This document shows, in pieces, positions 17,079 through 26,625 of a stretch of 32,000 nucleotides of DNA (positions are counted from its first letter, which is position 1; every line of letters starts with the position of its first letter). The stretch comes from Erysipelothrix larvae (GTDB lineage: Bacteria; Bacillota_I; Bacilli_A; Erysipelotrichales; Erysipelotrichaceae). A program made the translations under genes and the position numbers. Below the pieces are notes generated by a model. It saw only the letters and a program-made list of their open reading frames with translations, had not been told where the DNA came from and ran no database searches. The stretch lies in NCBI RefSeq assembly GCF_001545095.1, contig NZ_CP013213.1, positions 1,530,001 through 1,562,000 of the forward strand, read 5' to 3'.

Positions 17079-17107
17079 TAAAAAAACAAGGCGAACCTTG
17101 TTTTTTT
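17079..17107. terminator. Bidirectional terminator after the PadR-operon membrane protein gene
   Basis: AAAAAACAAGG-CGAA-CCTTGTTTTTTT. Confidence 0.75.
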
Positions 17108-17117
17108 GATAGATTGA

Positions 17118-18119
17118 TTAACGCTTTGAGGTCAATCGATTGTTTTTGATGGTGTAATAAAATGTTGAACCAATATCATAGATTGATATAACACATAGGA
17201 TGGCAAAGATAATCGCGAAGGTTAATGAGATGCCTTGAACTGGAAGGATGGTCTTCAAAAACTGTGAAAACTCAGGGGTTATCAAATTCGAATTGAGCAA
17301 TACAATCACTGCAACAACCATCGCAAACGCATTTGAAATCAGTGTTGAGATGGCAACAACAAAATTATAGCGATCAAAAGCAAGCTTTAGCACTGAAGAC
17401 AGGATATCCAAGGATGCACTAAGGGTAATCAGCAATGCATACTGATGCAGTACCTCGAGGTTAAAAACATAGGTTTCAATGGTGCCATCGATGATGAGTG
17501 GAATGTTCATATCATTTAACACCATCGCAAGCAAGATACTCACAAAGAATAGTGTCATCACGATCTCTGTGATGACCTCTCCTTTTGAGATCCTCTTCAT
17601 GTTTTCTTTTTCTAATGGTGGTAAATCATCAACCGACCATTCTTTGTGGCTTAAGTCAGGTCCATGCGCTTCAAGGATTGCGTATACAAGCGTAACGCCA
17701 ACAATTGCGGTTACACTCATTGAGATAATCACGGATAGATTTGCAAAGATGCGTGTGATTATAAAGACAATGAGTGATTGAGTGTCCATCGTATGAAGGG
17801 GTGCACCAATCACATCACTCACAATCACAATCCCAGCAATGACACTGGATACAATCAACACAATTCGCACAACAAGTTTCAATGTATCTATGTATTGATC
17901 AAAGATATCGGGCGAAATCAAATATCGTGGTTTTTCACGATATTTTGATGCCAGATCTTTTGGATTCCCCAGTGTTTGTAATACCGTCTTAACATCATCC
18001 GTTTCCTCTAGCATGTCTTCAATTAATGAGTTAAGTTCCAAGGATACATCCTTGCGTTGATTTTCAGGTAATCGACGGACTACATCCGCAATATAACGTT
18101 CGATATAATGATTCATCAT
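17118..18119 (-). CDS. PadR-associated membrane protein (DUF1700/HAAS-like N-terminal domain plus about 6 TM helices)
   Basis: The N-terminus YIERYIADVVRRLPENQRKDVSLELNSLIEDML is the typical DUF1700/HAAS helix bundle, followed by a polytopic C-terminus. The ATG immediately follows the padR stop (TAAATGATG). Confidence 0.7.
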   Translation of the reverse strand: MMNHYIERYIADVVRRLPENQRKDVSLELNSLIEDMLEETDDVKTVLQTLGNPKDLASKYREKPRYLISPDIFDQYIDTLKLVVRIVLIVSSVIAGIVIVSDVIGAPLHTMDTQSLIVFIITRIFANLSVIISMSVTAIVGVTLVYAILEAHGPDLSHKEWSVDDLPPLEKENMKRISKGEVITEIVMTLFFVSILLAMVLNDMNIPLIIDGTIETYVFNLEVLHQYALLITLSASLDILSSVLKLAFDRYNFVVAISTLISNAFAMVVAVIVLLNSNLITPEFSQFLKTILPVQGISLTFAIIFAILCVISIYDIGSTFYYTIKNNRLTSKR

Positions 18120-18455
18120 TTAAATTTCCTCTTCTAGAAACTTTAGTTCATTGTTTAGTTTCTTCCATTCTTTGATTAGTCCCTCATAAACAGTCTGTCC
18201 CAGATCGCTCAACACATAATACTTACGTGGTCGTGTTTCCTGAGTGTCCCATTCGCTTTTTAAAATGTTTTGTTTGTCAAGGCGGCGTAACATTGGATAC
18301 AAAGTTGATGCGTCAATCACAACCCCTTTTTCTTCTAAGCTTTGTAGCAGTGAATACCCATACTGCGGTTTGTTGCATTGACTGAGTACCACAAGGGTTA
18401 AGGTTCCCCTTCGCAATTCCGTCACCATACTTTGGATAAGTTCTTGTGATTCCAT
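18120..18455 (-). CDS. PadR family transcriptional regulator
   Basis: 111 aa, with YGYSLLQSLEEKG...STLYPMLRRLDKQNILKSEW...RKYYVLSDLG (PadR wHTH signature). Confidence 0.9.
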   Translation of the reverse strand: MESQELIQSMVTELRRGTLTLVVLSQCNKPQYGYSLLQSLEEKGVVIDASTLYPMLRRLDKQNILKSEWDTQETRPRKYYVLSDLGQTVYEGLIKEWKKLNNELKFLEEEI

Positions 18456-18470
18456 ATTCTCACCTCAATC

Positions 18471-18502
18471 ACAGTATACTGTATGTCATACACTATTGTC
18501 AA
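18471..18502 (-). promoter_or_regulatory. padR promoter (TTGACA-N18-TATACT) overlapped by two abutting palindromes (candidate PadR operator)
   Basis: On the minus strand, -35 is TTGACA (18502..18497) and -10 is TATACT (18478..18473). The palindromes ACAGTATACTGT (18471..18482) and TGTATGTCATACA (18480..18492) cover the -10 and the spacer. The implied leader is very short (about 11 nt). Confidence 0.45.
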
Positions 18503-18574
18503 TTTAATAACATTGATTATCTTATAACATATTCAGATGTTCTTTTATGGGTTTGAATATGATAGGATAGATGT

Positions 18575-19768
18575 ATGAAAACGACACTTGAAACAACACT
18601 CAACCATCTCATGCATCATTATGGCCCGTTACATTGGTGGCCTGCAGAAAACGACATTGAAATGATGCTTGGCGCGGTTTTAGTCCAAAATACCAACTGG
18701 ACGAATGTAGAAAAAGCCCTCCAGAACTTTAATGTTCCTTTTGAGGGTCAAGTCATCTTGAATCTTCCCCTTGAGACGCTTCAAACATTCATACGTCCTT
18801 CTGGCTTTTATACACGCAAATCGACAACGATACACGGTTTGCTCTTATGGTATCAGCAGTATGATTTTGATGTTAAGAATCTGGAAGGCATCGATACACC
18901 TTGTATTCGTAACCAGTTACTGAGCATTAAAGGCATTGGAAAAGAAACAGCCGATTGTATTTTGTTATACGCGTTTAACCGCCCTGTGTTTGTGGTCGAT
19001 GCTTATTTAAAACGTATCTTGAAATCTTTGGGTCTATTTCACACAGACAACTATGATGTCATTCAACAGGAGATGATGGATTTTTTTGGACATGATGTCA
19101 CATTATATCAAGAACTTCATGCATGTATTGTCGAGCATGGTAAGCAAAAGACACCAATCGATGCATTTGACCTTGTCGGCATACCCAATAAAGTGTATCT
19201 TGATGTCATGAATCGTGAACCGAAGTTTAAAGAAATTCACGATACTTATGGGTATGTAACCCGTATTTCACATCCAGATCCGTATACAGGATTTGTCTAT
19301 ACAATCATTGGCCAACTGTTGAGCGCTGCTTCTGCTCACGCAATTTTCACCCGTTTTATACACCGGTTTCCTGATGTTGCATCGGTGAATCAGGCATCGT
19401 TACAACAGGTGATGGACCTTGGGCTTACACATAATAAAGCATGTGCCATTAAATCATTATGTGAAAAGGTTTCAGGACAGGAATTCAGCTTTGAGTACAT
19501 AAACACTTTATCCGATGAACACGCGATTGAAGCATTAACAAAACTCAAAGGACTGGGGCGATGGAGTGCAATTATTATTCTCATCCACACTTATAATCGA
19601 CTGAATCTTACAAGCTATGATGATATTGCACTTCGTAAGTCAGTCGCGCGCATTTTAAAGATTGAGTCTGTTTCTAAAACGCAATTCGACCGGTATATGG
19701 CACGTTTTGAACCCTATAAGTCGGTTGCTTCGATTTTCTTATGGAAACTCAACAAATTAAAAGACTGA
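18575..19768 (+). CDS. Fusion of two HhH-GPD DNA glycosylase domains (EndoIII-related N-domain plus AlkA-like 3-methyladenine glycosylase II C-domain)
   Basis: N half: HWWPAENDIEMMLGAVLVQNTNW, then HhH LLSIKGIGKETADCILLYAF followed by VVDAY. C half: LKGLGRWSAIIILIH...SYDDIALRK, compared with E. coli AlkA GIGRWTANYF...PDDYLIKQ. It is one uninterrupted 397-aa ORF. Confidence 0.75.
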   Translation: MKTTLETTLNHLMHHYGPLHWWPAENDIEMMLGAVLVQNTNWTNVEKALQNFNVPFEGQVILNLPLETLQTFIRPSGFYTRKSTTIHGLLLWYQQYDFDVKNLEGIDTPCIRNQLLSIKGIGKETADCILLYAFNRPVFVVDAYLKRILKSLGLFHTDNYDVIQQEMMDFFGHDVTLYQELHACIVEHGKQKTPIDAFDLVGIPNKVYLDVMNREPKFKEIHDTYGYVTRISHPDPYTGFVYTIIGQLLSAASAHAIFTRFIHRFPDVASVNQASLQQVMDLGLTHNKACAIKSLCEKVSGQEFSFEYINTLSDEHAIEALTKLKGLGRWSAIIILIHTYNRLNLTSYDDIALRKSVARILKIESVSKTQFDRYMARFEPYKSVASIFLWKLNKLKD

Positions 19769-19781
19769 TAAATATCAGTCT
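19762..19781. terminator. Short palindromic hairpin spanning both convergent stop codons
   Basis: AGACTGATA-AA-TATCAGTCT includes the TGA of the plus-strand gene and the TAG of the minus-strand gene. There are no strong T tracts. Confidence 0.3.
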
Positions 19782-20526
19782 AAAGTTCTTTATAGGTTAC
19801 CAGTTCAATGTCTGGATGGTTTTTAAGTGTTTTTGAGAAGTCTGAATGAATGATGAACTCAAGGATATGGATTCGATTTTCAAGCCATGATGACCCATGA
19901 TAAATCGTACAATCAAGATATCCTGGATGACACATGATTTCAGTTGTCTCATGGTCTAAAATTCCTTGTAGCAATGCATCAAGATATGCTTTATCTTCGG
20001 ATTCAGGACGCGCACCGCATTCATCAAAGTCCCAAATAAAATGTTCAACCCCACGCATATCTGGGGATGCCTGATAATTTATCCGAATTGGAAGGTTGTA
20101 CTTACGTCCAAGACGTTCGATAATCTCTGGATTGTTTTGAAACGTATGTGCGTGATGGTGTGAATCAAGGTGAGTTGGGGTAATGCCTGCATCAATTGCT
20201 TTTTGAATCTGTGCATCCCATTCTTGATAGACTTCCTCTTCATCAAAGGGTTCTGTTTTAAACCATGCTTGCTTTTTAAAGTTACCGTGTTCATCAACCA
20301 ATGTTTTATGAGTGTTAAGCAAGGGTCTTCCACAGGTTAAGACCATGTGAATGCCCACTCCAAGCTCTGGCGCTTGCTTTGCGAGTTCAACCGCATGGGT
20401 AAACCCTGGCATATTGGTCATTAATGTTGCGGATGTAAGGATGCCTTGTGTATGTGCATCCATGATCCCCCAATTAATACCACGGGAATATCCAAAATCA
20501 TCTGAATTAATAATTACTTTTTTCAT
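19780..20526 (-). CDS. ChbG/YdjC family carbohydrate (chitooligosaccharide-type) deacetylase
   Basis: MKKVIINSDDFGYSRGINWGI...ATLM...HLDSHHH is typical of YdjC/ChbG. I prefer ATG 20526 over the track's start at 20595. Confidence 0.8.
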   Translation of the reverse strand: MKKVIINSDDFGYSRGINWGIMDAHTQGILTSATLMTNMPGFTHAVELAKQAPELGVGIHMVLTCGRPLLNTHKTLVDEHGNFKKQAWFKTEPFDEEEVYQEWDAQIQKAIDAGITPTHLDSHHHAHTFQNNPEIIERLGRKYNLPIRINYQASPDMRGVEHFIWDFDECGARPESEDKAYLDALLQGILDHETTEIMCHPGYLDCTIYHGSSWLENRIHILEFIIHSDFSKTLKNHPDIELVTYKEL

Positions 20527-20672
20527 CAATTTCACCACAGTGTTTGGGTAAAACACTGCCCCTTCTACACACTCAATCCTATCATACCTCATCAATTTAG
20601 GAAACCCTTACAACAGTTTTATTGGAATTCGTCTAAATCGTGTATAATGAAAGATATTGTGGAGGTTTTTAT

Positions 20673-21242
20673 ATGGAATGTGTACGGTGTGATTGGGCTC
20701 ATAGACACCCTTTGGAACAAGATTATCACGACACCTATTGGGGTGTCCCTGTTTATGATGATTTGGAATTATTTAAGATGTTGATGCTTGAATGCAATCA
20801 AGCGGGTTTAAGTTGGACAACCATCATCAAGCGGATGGATAGCTTGTGTGAAGCCTATGATAACTTTGATCCGCATATCTTAGTTACTTACGATGATCAA
20901 AAAGTACAAGCGCTCATGCAAAATGAAGGGATTATTCGAAATCGCTTAAAAATTAATGCTGCCATTACAAATGCCCATGCTTATTTCAAGGTCTGTGAAG
21001 CGTATGGCTCTTTCAGTACCTATCTTTGGAGTTTTGTTGGTGGTACTCCCATCATGAATCATCCAAAAACCCATGCTGATGTACCAGCGACAACGGATAT
21101 TTCGGATGCGCTGAGTAAATCGCTAAAAAAACTTGGGTTTAAGTTTGTTGGTTCTACGATTGTCTACGCGTTTATGCAAGCGGTGGGAATGGTGAATGAC
21201 CATGTTGAGACCTGTGCCTTTAAATACACCTTGAAGGATTAA
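20673..21242 (+). CDS. tag: DNA-3-methyladenine glycosylase I
   Basis: CDWAHRHPLEQDYHDTYWGVPVYDDLELFKMLMLECNQAGLSWTTII matches the Tag signature (YHDxEWGVP...LExxQAGLSW). ATG 20673 has GGAGG 7 nt upstream. The track's GTG at 20640 is probably an over-extension. Confidence 0.9.
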   Translation: MECVRCDWAHRHPLEQDYHDTYWGVPVYDDLELFKMLMLECNQAGLSWTTIIKRMDSLCEAYDNFDPHILVTYDDQKVQALMQNEGIIRNRLKINAAITNAHAYFKVCEAYGSFSTYLWSFVGGTPIMNHPKTHADVPATTDISDALSKSLKKLGFKFVGSTIVYAFMQAVGMVNDHVETCAFKYTLKD

Positions 21243-22171
21243 TCATCCTTCTTTTTTATCGATCCATGGGTTTGATACCACGTCGGGATTTCTGAATCAT
21301 CACGATACCAGTCGCGCATGATTTGATAATTATCGTGCATGATATCAATTTGTTCTTGACCCAATGGAATGGCCCAAGGCAGTGAAGCAATCGCATTGAC
21401 ATAGGAATAGAGCTTGAGAAGTTTGAAGAATTCATGGGGTGGTTCTTGGTTGAAATACCCATGAATTTGTCCACATGCAAAGGGTTCACTGACCTTAACA
21501 CTCCAAATAATTCGGTTGAATTCCTCCCATGGATCACCTACTCCCACCCGGTTGAAGTCAATAATGGATACCCTGTTGTGGGGGTTATAGATCATGTTTG
21601 AACCATGATAATCACCGTGTTGATAAACACTTGGCCGTTTGTTTAGATAAGGGCGGTACGCTTCGATGGTTTTAAGACATGATGCATCATCTGGATATCT
21701 CAAGCCACACAGATGATACGCCTGTATCTTTTGATCAATTTTGTGATTATACAGTGTTTCCCAATCCTCATTGGTGTCATCGCAATTAATTGAATGCATC
21801 GCTTTGAGCAACTGTCCAGCTTCTACACCACACGCATATTGTGCATGGTTATCCAGAGTTGGTAGCACATTCACTAAGCCAACACCTTCCATCCACGTAT
21901 AAACACGGTATACACGATGATGCTGTTCAAGCACGCCAAAATCTATAGGTTTGGGAAACGCATCGTTCAGTGTTTCACAGCGCTTTAAAAATTCATATTC
22001 TTGAGTATAGACCTTGAGATTGGAAGCATCACCAACGCGGACCAAAAAATATTCATGATGTTTGGTGTAAACCAAAACGTTGACATCGTGTGAAAAGCCA
22101 CCCTCAATCAGTTCAAGATACGCAGCGTCTTTACACACTGGAATGTCTTGGATAATTTGAAACGAGAACAT
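21239..22171 (-). CDS. Aminoglycoside phosphotransferase (APH)/choline-kinase-fold family kinase, substrate unknown
   Basis: Catalytic loop HGDYHGSNM and IIDFNRVGVGDPWEEF (Mg-binding D plus GDPxxE). AAGGAG RBS. Confidence 0.7.
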   Translation of the reverse strand: MFSFQIIQDIPVCKDAAYLELIEGGFSHDVNVLVYTKHHEYFLVRVGDASNLKVYTQEYEFLKRCETLNDAFPKPIDFGVLEQHHRVYRVYTWMEGVGLVNVLPTLDNHAQYACGVEAGQLLKAMHSINCDDTNEDWETLYNHKIDQKIQAYHLCGLRYPDDASCLKTIEAYRPYLNKRPSVYQHGDYHGSNMIYNPHNRVSIIDFNRVGVGDPWEEFNRIIWSVKVSEPFACGQIHGYFNQEPPHEFFKLLKLYSYVNAIASLPWAIPLGQEQIDIMHDNYQIMRDWYRDDSEIPTWYQTHGSIKKKDD

Positions 22172-22226
22172 TTGAATCTCCTTTATTTATAGTATACATC
22201 AAATAATCTCAGATAAAAGCGTAAGT

Positions 22227-22241
22227 TGAAAATAGTTTTCA
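22227..22241. promoter_or_regulatory. 15-bp palindrome TGAAAA-TAG-TTTTCA upstream of the GH1 gene (cre/LacI-operator-like arms, atypical centre)
   Basis: The arms are perfectly self-complementary. The site lies 49 nt upstream of ATG 22290. Confidence 0.3.
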
Positions 22242-22289
22242 TGAATGTGTGATACACTTTGACTATATAAATAGAGGAGGTACTTCTAG

Positions 22290-23726
<1,437 letters not shown>

Positions 23727-23736
23727 AATTGTGATA

Positions 23737-23768
23737 CCTCCAAGGATTTAAAACTTGGAGGTTTTTTT
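23737..23768 (+). terminator. Rho-independent terminator of the GH1 gene
   Basis: CCTCCAAG-N9-CTTGGAGG followed by T7. Confidence 0.85.
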
Positions 23769-23869
23769 ATGTCTTTAGACCCGATTGATTCATCCTTCAG
23801 CAATTATTCTTGATAAGGGTAAGATGTGGTGGTTTTAAAAAATGTGTGATTGATGATCATAAATGGTTT

Positions 23870-23910
23870 AAAGGCTATACCTTGAGATACAGCTTTTTGG
23901 TATAGCCTTT
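23870..23910 (-). terminator. 12-bp perfect hairpin at the 3' end of the GGDEF gene
   Basis: AAAGGCTATACC-N17-GGTATAGCCTTT overlaps the stop codon. The T tract on the minus strand is poor. Confidence 0.45.
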
Positions 23911-25334
23911 TACATCGCTTGATTCTTATTTTGATACATGCGTAGATCTGCTTGTTTGAACGTTTCTTCATACCCATACATCATTTCAGCATATCCAGAA
24001 CTTAAGGTGACTTCACCATTAAAAGCCGGTAAAATCCCTTCAAATGTGTAATTTGAAATTTCAGTCTTCAACATCTGCAGTTTTTCTTGAATTTCCATCT
24101 CTGACAACCCCTTGACATAAATGAGAAACTCGTCGCCACCATATCGCGAAACAATTCCAAAGTGCCCAAAGGTTTCACGGATAAAATGCGCAATGATGAC
24201 CAAGACTTTATCACCCACATCATGACCGTATTGATCATTAATTTCTTTGAATCGGTCAAGGTCAATCATGATTAAATATTGACTCATATCTTTGTTGGCT
24301 GATTCTTCATCATCCAAAATTGTTTCAATAAATTTTCGACGGCGCATGACGCCTGTTAATTCATCATAATTCGCTTCGAATTCAAGTTGAACGCGTTGTG
24401 TAAAATCATAACTCTCATCGTGTTTGAGTGAGATAAATCCAACGGTTTTATTTCCTTTACGAATCGGAGCGATGAACAATTCTTCCCAATACTTTGAACC
24501 ATCTTTCTTTTGATTTTCTACAATCCCCTTCCACTCAACCCCTTTATTTAAAGCTTCATCCAGTGAATCATAGATTTTCCCAGGTGTATCTTCGCTTCGA
24601 AACATTTTATAAGAACTGCCAATGATTTCATCGCGATGATATCCTGTCATCGTCATCACAAGTTGATTCGCATATACCATTGTCAGATCTTTATCCATTA
24701 CAATTAAAGAATAAATTGAATTATCGGTTAATCCTGACACAAGATCATTCATGCTGATTTTGTACTTCTCCAAATAAGAAATGAGTTTTCCTTCTTTTCG
24801 AAATAATGAACTGAAATGAAATACATACGCAAGAAGCATCTCACAAAACATAACCCACAAGAGGACTTTGATGTTAAATAGAAGCGTGGATACACTGTGT
24901 ACTATAAAAAGAATGGAATAGATTGATGTGTGGTGGTTGAATTTTCGATAAATCATCATTGCCCCAAAAACAAAGAACACGATAAGAATGGCGAGATTCA
25001 AGTAGATCAGATGTGTTAATTCAATAAGTGGGATGAGAATGTACAAACTAAAAATGTAGAACCACAAATATATATAGTTCTGACGAATTCGATGGTCATG
25101 ATTCAACACCACATTGGACAAAGGAATTGTAATATAGAGACTGGTGAGTAATGCATATGCTGAAAAAAACAAATTAACCGAGGTATTAAAGATTGCAAAA
25201 AGGATGCATATCGTGATTGAACCTAAGATGATTCGGTCAATTTGCGTATTGAGTGTTAAATGTAAATTTCTTTGGTAAGTCAGTAACAACAATAATAAGG
25301 TAACAAGTACAACATAAACCTGCACGTTAATCAT
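23910..25334 (-). CDS. Membrane-bound PAS-GGDEF diguanylate cyclase
   Basis: About 6 N-terminal TM helices. PAS segment (MTGYHRDEIIGSSYKMF...WKGIVENQKKDGSKYWEE). GGDEF domain with an intact RYGGDEFLIY. Confidence 0.85.
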   Translation of the reverse strand: MINVQVYVVLVTLLLLLLTYQRNLHLTLNTQIDRIILGSITICILFAIFNTSVNLFFSAYALLTSLYITIPLSNVVLNHDHRIRQNYIYLWFYIFSLYILIPLIELTHLIYLNLAILIVFFVFGAMMIYRKFNHHTSIYSILFIVHSVSTLLFNIKVLLWVMFCEMLLAYVFHFSSLFRKEGKLISYLEKYKISMNDLVSGLTDNSIYSLIVMDKDLTMVYANQLVMTMTGYHRDEIIGSSYKMFRSEDTPGKIYDSLDEALNKGVEWKGIVENQKKDGSKYWEELFIAPIRKGNKTVGFISLKHDESYDFTQRVQLEFEANYDELTGVMRRRKFIETILDDEESANKDMSQYLIMIDLDRFKEINDQYGHDVGDKVLVIIAHFIRETFGHFGIVSRYGGDEFLIYVKGLSEMEIQEKLQMLKTEISNYTFEGILPAFNGEVTLSSGYAEMMYGYEETFKQADLRMYQNKNQAM

Positions 25335-25395
25335 TTAAAAACCCCCCATACTGGTTTTACTTATGTATTATATCAAATCTATAAAAAAATTCTAT

Positions 25396-25422
25396 AAAAA
25401 AGGGATTGTTTATCATCCCTTT
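25396..25422 (-). terminator. Rho-independent terminator of the mglBAC-galK operon
   Basis: The minus strand reads AAAGGGAT-N8-ATCCCTTT plus a T run, 4 nt after the galK stop. Confidence 0.8.
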
Positions 25423-25425
25423 GTA

Positions 25426-26595
25426 TTACTCAATAATTTCGTGAACACCGCGTGATGGTGTTACAGTATAAAATGCGGGTTCATAGCCAATTGTATCCAC
25501 ATACACGCTGCGTACCTTTTGAATCACTTCAGAAACAGCATCATGCTTCACAAGTGCAATTGAACATCCCCCAAAGCCTGCACCCGTTACACGTGCACCA
25601 TAAGTGCCTTCAATGCTTTGTGCAGTTTGAACTAAGGTGTCCAACTCAATGCCCGTTACCTCATAGTCATCTCTTAGTGAGGTATGACTTTGATTCATCA
25701 GCTCACCAAACGCGTTGGCATCGTGCAGTGTGAGAACATCCACTGCTTTATGGGTACGTTCATTTTCGGATACTGCATGTCGTGCTCGTTTATAGATCGT
25801 TTCATCTTCGAATCGATTTTGAATTGCTTCAAGCTGAACCAATGAAAGCGAACACAATGCATCCACGGCATAGACTTCACGTACAATCTTGAGCGCTTGT
25901 TCACATTCATCACGACGTGTGTTATACGCTGATTCAATCAATTCGCGTCGTTTACACGTATTCATAATAAGCAAAGTTGCATCTTCAAAGTCAAACGGCA
26001 CATATTGATATGATAAGTCTGAAGTATCTAAGAGCATAGCATATTTTTCTTTGCCCATCGTGATTGCGAATTGATCCATAATCCCTGTACTTACACCTAA
26101 ATACTCATTTTCAGTTTTCTGAACAATTTGAGCACATTCAATCGGTTGTACACCAAGATTATACAGTTCATTGACTACCCAACATGTTAACACTGATATA
26201 GATGCACTGCTGGATAAGCCAGAACCATTTGGAATGTTTCCCTCATAAGCAATGTCAAATCCAAACGGTACTTCTTTGTTTGATTGAGCGAGCATATATA
26301 AGACACCTTTTGGATAATTTGTCCAACCGTGTTCTTTATTATATGAAAGATCATCCAATGAAATTTCGATGACCCCTTTCTCAGGCATGTTTGTTGAATA
26401 GAATCGAACGATTCTGTCTTCACGCTTTTTAACAACAGCATATGTTCCTAAATCAATTGCACATGGGAAGACATTGCCACCATTATAGTCAATATGTTCG
26501 CCAATTAAGTTTATACGTCCAGGCGCAAAGAATACACGTTCACCTGGGGATTTATAGATCTCTTGAAAAACTTGTTTTAATCCCTCATATCCCAT
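25426..26595 (-). CDS. galK: Galactokinase
   Basis: GRINLIGEHIDYNGG (galactokinase signature) and the GHMP motif PNGSGLSSSAS. 389 aa. Confidence 0.95.
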   Translation of the reverse strand: MGYEGLKQVFQEIYKSPGERVFFAPGRINLIGEHIDYNGGNVFPCAIDLGTYAVVKKREDRIVRFYSTNMPEKGVIEISLDDLSYNKEHGWTNYPKGVLYMLAQSNKEVPFGFDIAYEGNIPNGSGLSSSASISVLTCWVVNELYNLGVQPIECAQIVQKTENEYLGVSTGIMDQFAITMGKEKYAMLLDTSDLSYQYVPFDFEDATLLIMNTCKRRELIESAYNTRRDECEQALKIVREVYAVDALCSLSLVQLEAIQNRFEDETIYKRARHAVSENERTHKAVDVLTLHDANAFGELMNQSHTSLRDDYEVTGIELDTLVQTAQSIEGTYGARVTGAGFGGCSIALVKHDAVSEVIQKVRSVYVDTIGYEPAFYTVTPSRGVHEIIE

Positions 26596-26625
26596 ATATC
26601 ATTGTTAACTCACTTTCTTACGCGT

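Noticed and set aside
20622-20648. Promoter TTGGAA-N15-TATAAT upstream of tag
   Set aside because: The -10 is perfect, but the 15-nt spacer is shorter than the usual 16-18 nt, and the TG does not sit in the extended -10 register. This is too weak to list as a feature.
21239-22171. APH-family kinase as an acquired aminoglycoside or macrolide resistance gene
   Set aside because: Only the generic kinase motifs (HGDxxxxN, DFxxxGxGDP) are visible. There is no mobile-element context, and the gene's 3' end overlaps a housekeeping gene. Substrate cannot be inferred from the sequence alone.
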